Positions 48,868 through 57,484 of a stretch of DNA of 64,000 nt are shown piece after piece; position 1 is the first letter of the stretch; the number at the start of each line of letters is the position of its first letter. The notes beneath the pieces were generated by a model. It worked only from the letters and a program-made list of their open reading frames with translations. It had not been told where the DNA came from and did not search any database. This DNA is from Candidatus Nomurabacteria bacterium (GTDB lineage Bacteria; Patescibacteriota; Minisyncoccia; Phycocordibacterales; UBA918). The stretch covers positions 429,634 to 493,633 of the forward strand of contig CP060227.1 in the NCBI GenBank assembly GCA_023898525.1, in the 5' to 3' direction. The position numbers and the translations under genes were made by a program.

Positions 48868-49542
48868 TTATTTAACAACAAAAGTCTTATCGGTGCCGTA
48901 ATAATCCGTCCAGTTTTCATTATAAAAAGCAAACATACGCGCCAGACGATCCTGCGATAATTCTTCTACTTCTAATTCGGCCATCAATTTCTCCAGATTA
49001 GCTCGTACCTGATCAAGACCAGACTCATCGTCGGTGACCGTTTCAAATTCAGCCAAGTAACCATAACCAGCGTTTTTATCTAAACAAACATTGATATCTT
49101 TATAAGCATACTCTACCCGCTCCCTAGACCACTTGGCCTCATATTCATAGCCAACCGAAAGAATCAGAGCATCGAGTTCAAGTAGCGACAAAGCCACCGT
49201 TTCTTCAAATTCCAACCTGGAGACAGTGTTGCTACTACTACCACCGTCAACAGCAGCCTTCACAACCAAAAGTACCTGATCATCTTTTTGTCTAGTACGA
49301 ACCGAAAAGTCAGTACCCCGCTCGGCAATCATTTTGAACTTATCGTGTTGATCATCAATAAAAAGATGCTCTACTTTGTCATAGAGGTCATGAATGTCCC
49401 CGCCGATAAAATAATGATTGAGCTGTTTATTTTCGCCAATTACCTTCAAATCCGGATCTAGCTTTCGCATTTTTTCGACTAAATTATCAGCTTGCTCTTT
49501 TTCTCCCAAGAGACTTTTAATTTCAATTTCAAAGTTGGCCAT
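48868..49542 (-). CDS. CYTH-domain protein (triphosphate tunnel metalloenzyme)
   Basis: N-terminal EIEIK motif and alternating acidic beta-strand pattern typical of CYTH. Confidence 0.65.
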   Translation of the reverse strand: MANFEIEIKSLLGEKEQADNLVEKMRKLDPDLKVIGENKQLNHYFIGGDIHDLYDKVEHLFIDDQHDKFKMIAERGTDFSVRTRQKDDQVLLVVKAAVDGGSSSNTVSRLEFEETVALSLLELDALILSVGYEYEAKWSRERVEYAYKDINVCLDKNAGYGYLAEFETVTDDESGLDQVRANLEKLMAELEVEELSQDRLARMFAFYNENWTDYYGTDKTFVVK

Positions 49543-49619
49543 AGTCTAAGCATTATAGCAGACTGATTTTGCTAAAAAATCACGACAGTATTTGAAATCT
49601 ATGCCATAATCAGTGCACT

Positions 49620-50135
49620 ATGAAAAAACCAAACGTACCGGTAGTAATAGTAGCCGCCATGAGCCGAAAAAACCGAGTGGTTGGTAAGGAAAATAAGCTA
49701 CTTTGGCACGTACCGGAAGATCTAAAACACTTTAAATCCCTTACCCTTGGTCACCCCGTTATTATGGGTCGCAAGACCTTTGAATCGATTGTTCAGATAC
49801 TTGGTAAGCCTCTACCCGGTCGCACCAACATAATAGTCACCAGAAATTCTGACTATCAGCATGAAGGTGTAAAAACTGCGACATCTTTAGAAAAAGCTTT
49901 TACCATTGCCCAAGAAGAAAACCCGACCGAAATCCACATCGGTGGCGGTGAAGAAATTTGGCGACTATCTTTTCCTTACGTAGACCGACTTCACTTAACT
50001 TTTTTTGATGATGAACCGGAAGGCGACGCCTACTTCCCCGACTTTACCCAAGATTTTGTTGAAATAAAGAAACACCCTCCGCAAGAATACGGAGAGCTTA
50101 GATACCAGTGGGTAGATTTTAAGAGAAAACCTTAA
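49620..50135 (+). CDS. folA: Dihydrofolate reductase
   Basis: VVIVAAMSRKNRVVGKENKLLWHVPEDLKHFKSLTLGHPVIMGRKTFESI is the canonical DHFR N-terminal region. Confidence 0.9.
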   Translation: MKKPNVPVVIVAAMSRKNRVVGKENKLLWHVPEDLKHFKSLTLGHPVIMGRKTFESIVQILGKPLPGRTNIIVTRNSDYQHEGVKTATSLEKAFTIAQEENPTEIHIGGGEEIWRLSFPYVDRLHLTFFDDEPEGDAYFPDFTQDFVEIKKHPPQEYGELRYQWVDFKRKP

Positions 50136-50148
50136 CTAATTTGTATAG

Positions 50149-50218
50149 AAAACAACCAAGGGTAGACCTTAAAGAGGAGCGACTAGCGACGGGAAAGGTC
50201 TACCCTTGGTTGTTTTTT
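50149..50218. repeat. Long palindrome with conserved loop (aaaacaaccaagggtagacc ttaaagaggagcgactagcgacgggaaa ggtctacccttggttgtttttt); also acts as the folA terminator
   Basis: 16-20 bp perfect arms. The loop is ~90% identical to that of the element at 40274-40358, and the arm core aaccaagggta is shared with the REPs at 10323 and 14054. Confidence 0.65.
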
Positions 50219-50248
50219 GTTTTGGTTAACTTTAATTAGCACAGATGC

Positions 50249-51294
50249 CCCTATCTTGAATCACCACCCTAATTGCACAGACCATCACTTCCAAAATATC
50301 TGATGTGGAGACTTGAAATTATGTCTCTTTCTAGGACGATGATTTATACGACGAACCGCTTCAGAAAGTTCTTGTGGAGTAATGGTGTTGAAATCCAAGT
50401 CTTTCGGAAAATATTGTCGAAGTAGCCCGTTAGTATTTTCATTGGTACCACGCTCCCAAGAGTGGTATGGATAAGCAAAGTACACAGTCATACTCGTTTG
50501 TTTCTCAAACCGTTCCCAGTCACTGAACTCGGTACCGTTATCAAAGGTAGCGGTCTTTCGTTTGTTTTTGGGTATACGCCTGAATTTTTCCACCGCCAGT
50601 TTAGTGAGTAAAGTAGCATTTAATTTTGGCAGAAGATACGCAATTAGATACCCGCTTCTGCGATCAACGAAGGTGACAATACGTACTCGTTTGTCTCTTC
50701 CCAGCATAGTATCTCCCTCCCAATCTCCCAAACGGGAGCGACGTTCAATAATGGGCGGTCGTTCATCAATACGACGTTTCTTGGCTCTTTCACGAACTTT
50801 TTCACGTATTTTGGTGCCTCGTTTGCGCCGATACTTGCCTTTCTGAGAACGAAGAAATTGTTTAAGGTGTGGAGCTCGTTCGTTAATGTATCGGTAGATA
50901 GTGCTCGCAGAGATGTCATCACGTACTCCGACTATCTGTTCCGGTGAGTAGTGTTGTTTTAATAATCGTTTCACTTCTCGTAATAATACTCCTTTGAGTA
51001 TTCTAGTACCTTCCATAGCAATGATACGTGCCTGTTTTTTCTTTCTGCGAACCTCGCGAGCATCGTATCTATCCCGACCACCATACGCTTTAATATGTCT
51101 ATTAACCGCACTTGGATCTTTGTTGATAATGTGCGCAATCTCCACTCCTGAGTATCCCGCTTTGAGCATACGTGAAATAACCGGCCAGTCTTCCGGTCCT
51201 ATTTGTTTGTGTGACATACAAAAGCAGTATGTATGTCATCTTGACCTGTGCAATTAGGGTGCAAAGGATTGTGCAATTAGGGTGAGAATTCAGG
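50249..51294 (-). mobile_element. IS30-family insertion sequence (~1.05 kb)
   Basis: Terminal inverted repeats are cctatcttgaatcaccaccctaattgcacagacc (left) and the revcomp of ggattgtgcaattagggtgagaattcagg (right). The right end has an extra tandem copy of tgtgcaattagggtg. Confidence 0.7.
50285..51217 (-). CDS. IS30-family DDE transposase
   Basis: RSRLGDWEGDTMLG, NGTEF and ENTNGLLRQYFPK signature blocks, plus an N-terminal HTH. Confidence 0.85.
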   Translation of the reverse strand: MSHKQIGPEDWPVISRMLKAGYSGVEIAHIINKDPSAVNRHIKAYGGRDRYDAREVRRKKKQARIIAMEGTRILKGVLLREVKRLLKQHYSPEQIVGVRDDISASTIYRYINERAPHLKQFLRSQKGKYRRKRGTKIREKVRERAKKRRIDERPPIIERRSRLGDWEGDTMLGRDKRVRIVTFVDRRSGYLIAYLLPKLNATLLTKLAVEKFRRIPKNKRKTATFDNGTEFSDWERFEKQTSMTVYFAYPYHSWERGTNENTNGLLRQYFPKDLDFNTITPQELSEAVRRINHRPRKRHNFKSPHQIFWK

Positions 51295-51317
51295 TAAATA
51301 TTTTGCACCTTGTCAAA

Positions 51318-51362
51318 AATATGTTATAAACATTCATTCAAATTAATTAAATATTAATTTGA
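51318..51362. promoter_or_regulatory. 45-bp perfect palindrome (aaacattcattcaaattaat taaat attaatttgaatgaatgttt) between IS30 and the lipoprotein gene
   Basis: 20-bp perfect arms; AT-rich; 45 bp upstream of the lipoprotein RBS. Confidence 0.4.
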
Positions 51363-51406
51363 ATGAATGTTTGTTTGTCATTTCTACTTTACAAAAGGAG
51401 AAGAAA

Positions 51407-51832
51407 GTGAGAAGTTTTTTGATCTTCATCTTGATACTTACAATTTTGTTTACCGCTTCATGCGCCTCTGTATCTGACAGAAAAAATGCGCTGGTAGAAC
51501 CCTTTAAGTCCGAAAGAGCTCTAGCTGTTTTGGGTACAGAAAACTTACGGGAAATAGGACTGAAAAAGGACGACGGTATCGCCCTTGAAACTTTTATCCA
51601 AAACCATCTATCTATAGGTGAACAAGGTGGATTTGTAACAAAGAGTTTTAATGTAAGCAACAACAAAGATCCGTTAACCTTGTTCTTACTTACAAAGAGA
51701 ATGGATCGAGAGACAAGCTGCATACCATTAGTACTGGGAATAAACTTAGGTAACGGAGACTCTTTCCAAGGGGAAGGTACGGTATGCCCTAAACTCACCA
51801 AACAAGGTGTGATCTGGAAAAGATCGGTGTAA
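51407..51832 (+). CDS. Putative lipoprotein (GTG start; lipobox FTASC)
   Basis: SD aaaaggagaagaaaGTG; signal peptide VRSFLIFILILTILFTASC. Confidence 0.55.
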   Translation: MRSFLIFILILTILFTASCASVSDRKNALVEPFKSERALAVLGTENLREIGLKKDDGIALETFIQNHLSIGEQGGFVTKSFNVSNNKDPLTLFLLTKRMDRETSCIPLVLGINLGNGDSFQGEGTVCPKLTKQGVIWKRSV

Positions 51833-51872
51833 AAAAACACAGGCTGGTAAAATTATTTACCAGCCTATTTGT
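51830..51872 (+). terminator. Hairpin terminator (caggctggtaaa atta tttaccagcctatttgtt)
   Basis: Immediately after the lipoprotein gene stop. Confidence 0.6.
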
Positions 51873-52311
51873 TATTATCTTTAAACTCAGGGTTAATTAT
51901 GCAAAATGCTAAATGAGTAATAAGAAGACCCCTTTCTTTGACCACTATCTCTTGACGGACTAAGTAAGAATAAGTCATTAGAAACGTAAGAAAATCTTAA
52001 AAGAATATTCCTTTTAATACATTTTACTATAAAAACACCCTTTTCATAATCGACAAGACATAAGACCCACACGTCTGGAGAAACCTTGTCCTCGTCACGG
52101 CACAAACCTAGTCTTGTGCCAACAGATAAACCTGGTACATAAGTCGTTTACTATCTCTCCCCCTATATAAATAATGAATTAAATTAACCTACAACAAGCA
52201 CTTCTCTAAGCGATGATTCTGCCACATTTATATCAAAATAGCAACACCAAAAGACCAGCGCGAAGCGCCGGCCTTTTGGTGTTTTTATTTCGTTTCTTAT
52301 TCTAGACAAGA

Positions 52312-52737
52312 TTACCCCTCAATCTTTACCCCCATAGAATAAGCAGTTCCCTCTACAATCTTCATTGCGGCTTCGATTGAAGCAGCATTTAGATCAGGCA
52401 TTTTTTCTTCCGCAATTTCTTTAACCTGAGCTTTGGTTAGAGAACCGGCTCTTGATACTTTGTTTTTGCTTGAGCCTTTTGGTTTACCAAGTTTCTTTAG
52501 AATCAAGCGAGACATTGGTGACACTTTGGTAATAAAAGTAAAAGAACGATCATCATAAACAGAAAGTTCTACCGGTACCACCTCACCCATCCTCTCTCGA
52601 GTCTGTTCATTAAACTGGTTTACAAACTCTCCGATATTGATACCAGCCTGTCCCAGTACCGGACCCAAAGGTGGAGCCGGAGTAGCTTTACCACCCACGG
52701 CTTGCACCTTGATCTTTTTTACTAATTTCTTTGCCAT
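52312..52737 (-). CDS. rplK: Ribosomal protein L11
   Basis: 141 aa; KVQAVGGKATPAPPLGPVLGQAGINIGEFVNQFN is canonical uL11. Confidence 0.95.
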   Translation of the reverse strand: MAKKLVKKIKVQAVGGKATPAPPLGPVLGQAGINIGEFVNQFNEQTRERMGEVVPVELSVYDDRSFTFITKVSPMSRLILKKLGKPKGSSKNKVSRAGSLTKAQVKEIAEEKMPDLNAASIEAAMKIVEGTAYSMGVKIEG

Positions 52738-52896
52738 GTTTTTATTAAAATTAAGAATTTATTGTTATTTTGAGCAGCCTGTTCCATATCCAGACTTCTC
52801 AGTAGAAGCTCGCGTATCGTACAAGAAAAACCAGCTTTTTGCAAGAAAAAGAGGCCAAAAATATTCTGGCCCCATATTTTTAAATCATTTCTTCTG

Positions 52897-52986
52897 TCAG
52901 CCATGAATAGCTGACCCAATAGGCAACAATGCCGAGATTACAATGAAAACTACAAAGGCTAGTACTATAACTGGTTTTGGGATCAT
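52897..52986 (-). CDS. Micro-ORF (29 aa, hydrophobic) with strong SD
   Basis: aaggagacaggaaATG then MIPKPVIVLAFVVFIVISALLPIGSAIHG; speculative. Confidence 0.25.
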   Translation of the reverse strand: MIPKPVIVLAFVVFIVISALLPIGSAIHG

Positions 52987-53060
52987 TTCCTGTCTCCTTT
53001 TTTGAGTGAAATGTCCTTACACATTAAATAATTTTTTTGAGCTTGTAAACATCCGCGTAT

Positions 53061-53090
53061 GAAAAGCGCCGAGCGAAGCTCGGCGCTGAT
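53061..53090 (-). terminator. Hairpin terminator (agcgccgagc gaa gctcggcgct + T-run on minus strand)
   Basis: 3' of CDS 53164..53676. Confidence 0.6.
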
Positions 53091-53163
53091 TTACTGTATA
53101 AGACTAAAGGTTGCTCTTGGTTATTTTGCTTGATTTTAATTAGCGTAGGTGCCGTTAACACTG

Positions 53164-53676
53164 TTATGGTTTAGTGTTGTCTACATCACCATGATTCAAA
53201 TTACACAATTTCAGACACTTATCTCTAAAGTAGATTGCACCAATTCTTCTAATTGTTTCCATATTCATCCCTTTCGAAAAAGCATAGTCCTTAAACTTCT
53301 TATCTGTATCTTTATCAAACTCTATGCCATCAAACATATCAAATACATTTTCTTGTATCTCGTAGGCTGAAATATCGCAGTTATGACCACACTTATTATG
53401 TAACTCACTTTCATGTGAATCAATATATTCTTTCATCCCGCTAGCCTCTAGCACCCTCTCGCCCTCCGGCTTCAATCTTAGCGGAGATGCGTTGCCTATC
53501 AAATTTAATCTTTTATTATCTTTGGCAATACTTTGATTATTAGCAATATCCTTAACTGTTTCTTTCAACCAATCAATATTTGTTTCAATCGTTCCTATTC
53601 TTTCACCTCCTTTCCAAACAATAGCCATTATCGCTAGAAAATTCCCCAAACCAATTACTGTAAGTAGTGTTTCCAT
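53164..53676 (-). CDS. Hypothetical N-terminally anchored protein inserted between nusG and rplK
   Basis: 170 aa; no recognisable family. Confidence 0.5.
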   Translation of the reverse strand: METLLTVIGLGNFLAIMAIVWKGGERIGTIETNIDWLKETVKDIANNQSIAKDNKRLNLIGNASPLRLKPEGERVLEASGMKEYIDSHESELHNKCGHNCDISAYEIQENVFDMFDGIEFDKDTDKKFKDYAFSKGMNMETIRRIGAIYFRDKCLKLCNLNHGDVDNTKP

Positions 53677-53810
53677 ATCTATATGATACAGGTGATGTCA
53701 AATTAAAACAGTTTTTATCGACGATGGTTATCGTGTTATCATTGAATTATATACATGTAAGACCAAGGTCTGCCCTTGGTCTTATTAGTCTTAATAGTTA
53801 GTTTTACTCA

Positions 53811-54356
53811 CTAAACTTTCTTAACCTGCAAGAAGTCTAGCTCGACTGGAGTTTCGCGACCAAACATCGGCACCAAGACCTTAACCTTACCGCTCTTTTC
53901 ATCAATCTCACCCACTCTACCCTCTAGGTCTTTGAATGGTCCGTCAACAATTCCCACAATGTCGCCGGTTGATAGATCAACTTTGTGTTTGATGGTATCG
54001 GTAGACATCTGCTTCATGAGGGCATTGTACTCTTCTTCAGTCAGTGGTACCGGCTGAGTTCCACTACCCACAAAACCGGTCACTCGTGGGGTATTTCGCA
54101 CCACATACCAAGACTCATCGTCCACGATCATCTCTACCAATACATATCCTGGGTAGATACGCTCCTCTTCCATGACTCGCTTGCCACCTTTCACGCGAAT
54201 CTTTTTTTCGGTTGGAACAACAACATTGAATATCTTGTCATTCATACCAAGAGAATCAATACGCTGTTTTAGGTTACGGGTTACCGCATTTTCATATCCG
54301 GAATAGGTATGAATAGCGTACCAGTGCCTCTCACCTGTATTTGCTTGTTTGGCCAT
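53811..54356 (-). CDS. nusG: Transcription antitermination factor NusG
   Basis: NGN domain (RHWYAIHTYSGYENAV) and a C-terminal KOW. Confidence 0.9.
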   Translation of the reverse strand: MAKQANTGERHWYAIHTYSGYENAVTRNLKQRIDSLGMNDKIFNVVVPTEKKIRVKGGKRVMEEERIYPGYVLVEMIVDDESWYVVRNTPRVTGFVGSGTQPVPLTEEEYNALMKQMSTDTIKHKVDLSTGDIVGIVDGPFKDLEGRVGEIDEKSGKVKVLVPMFGRETPVELDFLQVKKV

Positions 54357-54383
54357 ATAAATTTAAATAATTAAAACGATGGT

Positions 54384-54572
54384 TTATATGCGGTTAATAA
54401 TTGTGTCGATGCCGAGTTGGAAGACGTAGTCAAAAGCTCCCAAAAACAGCGAAACAAGAGCCGAAATAACGATAACCAGAATAGTATACAAAAACGCTTG
54501 TTTTTGTGTCGGCCAACTCACCTGCTTCATTTCAGCGGCCGTATCTCGTAAGTAGTTCCCAAAATTGCTCAT
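54384..54572 (-). CDS. secE: Preprotein translocase subunit SecE
   Basis: 62 aa with a single TM, immediately upstream of nusG. Confidence 0.8.
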   Translation of the reverse strand: MSNFGNYLRDTAAEMKQVSWPTQKQAFLYTILVIVISALVSLFLGAFDYVFQLGIDTIINRI

Positions 54573-54643
54573 AATAATAAGTTTACCAAAATAAAAACGC
54601 CTCTGCGGCGACTTGCTGACATTATACGCTTAATTGAAATAAT

Positions 54644-54685
54644 GTCAAAGGCCGGCGCTTCGCGCCGGCCTTTGACACAAAAAAC
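54644..54685. terminator. Perfect hairpin terminator (tgtcaaaggccggcgc ttcg gcgccggcctttgaca + A-run)
   Basis: 3' of the SIMPL gene on the minus strand. Confidence 0.7.
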
Positions 54686-54698
54686 TCTAGAGAGCCAA

Positions 54699-55499
54699 CT
54701 ACCGTACTTGGTAAGTAATAGTCACGCGACTGGAAATGGTATTTTCTCCGGTTGGTAACTCTGGTGCCTCAAAAGACTTAGCGGCCGATTCTATAGCCAT
54801 ATCACCACCGATTCCATAGTACGGCCGTGGACCACTTTCGTCTTCATAGTAACCAACCATCTTAACTACTCTAACTCCGAGTTCGTTAGCCAAAACTCTA
54901 GCCTTAGCCTTAGCATCAGCAATTGCTTGAGCTCTGGCTTCTATCTTTAAGTTATCAGTGTCATCAATCTTAAACTGAAGTCCACTTATATTGGTTGCCC
55001 CTAGGTCACCCACCCCAGCTATCAGACTGCCCGCCGTATCAATATCCCGCACCTTTACTGTAATCATCTGACTAACTTCGTAACCATCAGGTACCCGCTT
55101 CTGTGGACAAAGACTTCCTTCCGGACACACTTCTGCTTCATAGCGGTATTTTTGATACAGGTTGTAATTTTCGGTTTTGATGTCTTTTTCCTCTACCCCA
55201 CTATCTTTCAAATAAGCTATGATACTGTTTATCTTAGAACCAGACGCTTCTTGAGCCGCCGCCGCATCATCTCCTTTAGCGGTTACAGAAAAATTAAACC
55301 AACCCAGATCCGGCACCGCTGCTACCTCACCTACTCCAGAGACTGAAATTGTGACCGGACCGGTATAAAGATATTTAGATTGTTTCAGAGTGTAGGTAGC
55401 GTAAGAAGCTAAAGCAATGACCAAAGCAACCAAAGCAACCGTACCCAAAAAACGATTACCTTTTGAACTAAAAAATGAATTATTTATATTGTTCTCCAT
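54699..55499 (-). CDS. SIMPL-domain (DUF541/YggE-like) periplasmic protein
   Basis: N-terminal TM plus SIMPL-family pattern (AAVPDLGWFNFSV...). Confidence 0.7.
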   Translation of the reverse strand: MENNINNSFFSSKGNRFLGTVALVALVIALASYATYTLKQSKYLYTGPVTISVSGVGEVAAVPDLGWFNFSVTAKGDDAAAAQEASGSKINSIIAYLKDSGVEEKDIKTENYNLYQKYRYEAEVCPEGSLCPQKRVPDGYEVSQMITVKVRDIDTAGSLIAGVGDLGATNISGLQFKIDDTDNLKIEARAQAIADAKAKARVLANELGVRVVKMVGYYEDESGPRPYYGIGGDMAIESAAKSFEAPELPTGENTISSRVTITYQVR

Positions 55500-55511
55500 A
55501 TTAATTTGTTA

Positions 55512-56456
55512 TTAAAAGTAAGCTAATAAACCACGAATCATTTGTCTTGTTCTTTGAGAGACCTCCGTCCCTTCCCCACAAGTTTCCACCAAAGCTTCTT
55601 TATCTTCATCCGTTAAAACAACCAAACCAGACTGTTCTTTAGTTAAATAATACATTACTGAAGTTTCACCTTCAACATGATTAATACCAAGAGCGTGGCC
55701 AAACTCGTGCGCTAATACTTTTTTTAATTCTTCATTATTCGAGAATTTGTATATATTTATGCGTTCACGCTTAAAATCACCCTGCGTGAAAGTATCTGAT
55801 CGGCCAAAGATTTCATTATAACGAAGTACATTAGCATTGTACCGCTCAATTATCTCACTACTTTCTTCTCCCAAAGCGTTTATTCTGTTGGCCGTATCAT
55901 TTAAATCTTTTTCGGCCTCAAGTAATTTCTTTAATAATCCAGACAAGTACTCTTGTTCTTTTTTTAACTCGGTAAAGATTTCGCTCGGCGCCCCTCCTTC
56001 AGCGTTATATCTTTCAACTTGTTGGTTGTACTTATTAAGACGATCCTCATAAGTATCACGTTGTTTTAAGTAATCTGCCTCTAGGTTCTTGTATTCACTC
56101 CTTAATTGATCAACCCGGTCTGACACTTCTTGACTCTCTCTTTCCTGCTGATCTAAATCTTGACGCCATTCTTCCTCTGTTCGAGCCAACTGTTGTCGCT
56201 CATCATAAATAAAATTAACCGTAAAAGTCGTATCTTCATCATAGACAAATAGCTCGCGCTCTCCAGCCGCTTCCCACACATCTTCCGCTTCTAGAAGGAC
56301 GGCTTTTGCTTGTTCCGCCGAAAAATTAAATCGTGGGTCTATGTCCCCCAACTTATACTTGATCGGTACGGGGCAGATATGAGCGGAGCTGGTGTACCAA
56401 TAGCTGCCGCCAAATACAAGCACAAACAACAAACTGATAATAAGAAAAAAGCGCAT
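55512..56456 (-). CDS. Secreted metzincin-type zinc metalloprotease with coiled-coil insertion
   Basis: HEFGHALGINH extended zinc-binding motif; signal/TM at the N-terminus. Confidence 0.75.
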   Translation of the reverse strand: MRFFLIISLLFVLVFGGSYWYTSSAHICPVPIKYKLGDIDPRFNFSAEQAKAVLLEAEDVWEAAGERELFVYDEDTTFTVNFIYDERQQLARTEEEWRQDLDQQERESQEVSDRVDQLRSEYKNLEADYLKQRDTYEDRLNKYNQQVERYNAEGGAPSEIFTELKKEQEYLSGLLKKLLEAEKDLNDTANRINALGEESSEIIERYNANVLRYNEIFGRSDTFTQGDFKRERINIYKFSNNEELKKVLAHEFGHALGINHVEGETSVMYYLTKEQSGLVVLTDEDKEALVETCGEGTEVSQRTRQMIRGLLAYF

Positions 56457-56679
56457 ACTGATTTTATATCATAGCAATTTTTAATCGCCGATACTAATAA
56501 AGGCAGATAGCGGGGACTGCGTTGTCGCGAAACGTAGTCCCTGCCATCTGCCCTTTAAGAATCTTGGCTGGTACGTATACATAATACACTGTCCGTGAAA
56601 GTAAAAGGTTGAGCTTTCAACAGGAATAATTAAAAGCCGTGGTTAATAATCACGGCCCCCTTTATAATAAGTGTGAGTT

Positions 56680-56808
56680 TCAAGAATGAACTTTCAGCTC
56701 ACCAGTCGGTTTAAATTTGAGCTTTTTCCAGCCCACTGGTATCATGCGAGCAATCTTATTAAGTCTCAATATTCTTTGATTAGCGTTTGTATTTTTTTTA
56801 AGCTTCAT
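56680..56808 (-). CDS. Small basic protein (42 aa) with own SD and terminator
   Basis: aaaaggggagaggacATG; MKLKKNTNANQRILRLNKIARMIPVGWKKLKFKPTGELKVHS; hairpin ccgtgattattaaccacgg + T-run 3'. Confidence 0.4.
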   Translation of the reverse strand: MKLKKNTNANQRILRLNKIARMIPVGWKKLKFKPTGELKVHS

Positions 56809-56920
56809 GTCCTCTCCCCTTTTAATTTTTCGAGTTAGAAAATAAACGCTTTTGTACAACAGACCCTAAAATAACGAAATCACTCTAATATGTCAATGAA
56901 GATTGAACACAGTTCGAACA

Positions 56921-56959
56921 AAAAAATAACCACCGGTTTTTAGGCCGGTGGTTTTTATG
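56921..56959. terminator. Hairpin terminator (aaaaaaataaccaccggttttt aggccggtggtttttat)
   Basis: Perfect stem with flanking A/T runs. Confidence 0.65.
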
Positions 56960-56971
56960 TACGATAATTAA

Positions 56972-57139
56972 TCATGAACGACGCAATCTAGAACGTCGCT
57001 TATTAGTCTTAGGTCTTGTATAGCATTTTGGTTTAAGTTTCAATACGCTTTGAAGACTTGACCAAAAATGATATAAAAATGATGTTGCTGAAATGGCCAG
57101 GATTTCCATTCTTTCTATTTGTGGTTCTCTTTTTCTCAT
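56972..57139 (-). CDS. Small protein (55 aa), basic C-terminus
   Basis: SD aaaaaggggatgcaaATG; MRKREPQIERMEILAISATSFLYHFW...KRRSRLRRS; terminator directly 3'. Confidence 0.35.
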   Translation of the reverse strand: MRKREPQIERMEILAISATSFLYHFWSSLQSVLKLKPKCYTRPKTNKRRSRLRRS

Positions 57140-57160
57140 TTGCATCCCCTTTTTCTAAGA

Positions 57161-57346
57161 TTAATCAGAATCTTCGTTTACAGCTTTCTTTTCATCATCA
57201 ACATTATGTATATGACCATTAAGATAATAAGGATTACAAATTTTATCCTCAGGATCAACATACTCTTGACAGGTAACCCTTGTACCAACCAGTCTAGGAT
57301 CAGCATTCGCTAGTTCCGTCTCAGACGGTCCATCTCTATCATCCAT
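57161..57346 (-). CDS. Small acidic protein (61 aa; internal start of an 83-aa ORF)
   Basis: SD gaaaggggaaagttcattATG; MDDRDGPSETELANADPRLVGTRVTCQEYVDPEDKICNPYY... Confidence 0.35.
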   Translation of the reverse strand: MDDRDGPSETELANADPRLVGTRVTCQEYVDPEDKICNPYYLNGHIHNVDDEKKAVNEDSD

Positions 57347-57484
57347 AATGAACTTTCCCCTTTCGTGTACAAAAACAGATGAAACTGTAACAATATTCTT
57401 TAGTGATGTCAAATTTAAAAATAAAACACCCTCCTCGCCATAATGGCTCGGAGGGCAAATACTTATTTTATCCTGATATCATTA

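Noticed and set aside
51343-51840. 165-aa minus-strand ORF
   Set aside because: Antisense to the better-supported lipoprotein gene (SD + lipobox) on the plus strand.
54575-54700. tRNA-Trp or rpmG upstream of secE, as in many bacteria
   Set aside because: No cloverleaf-capable sequence or L33-like ORF found; only a terminator palindrome.
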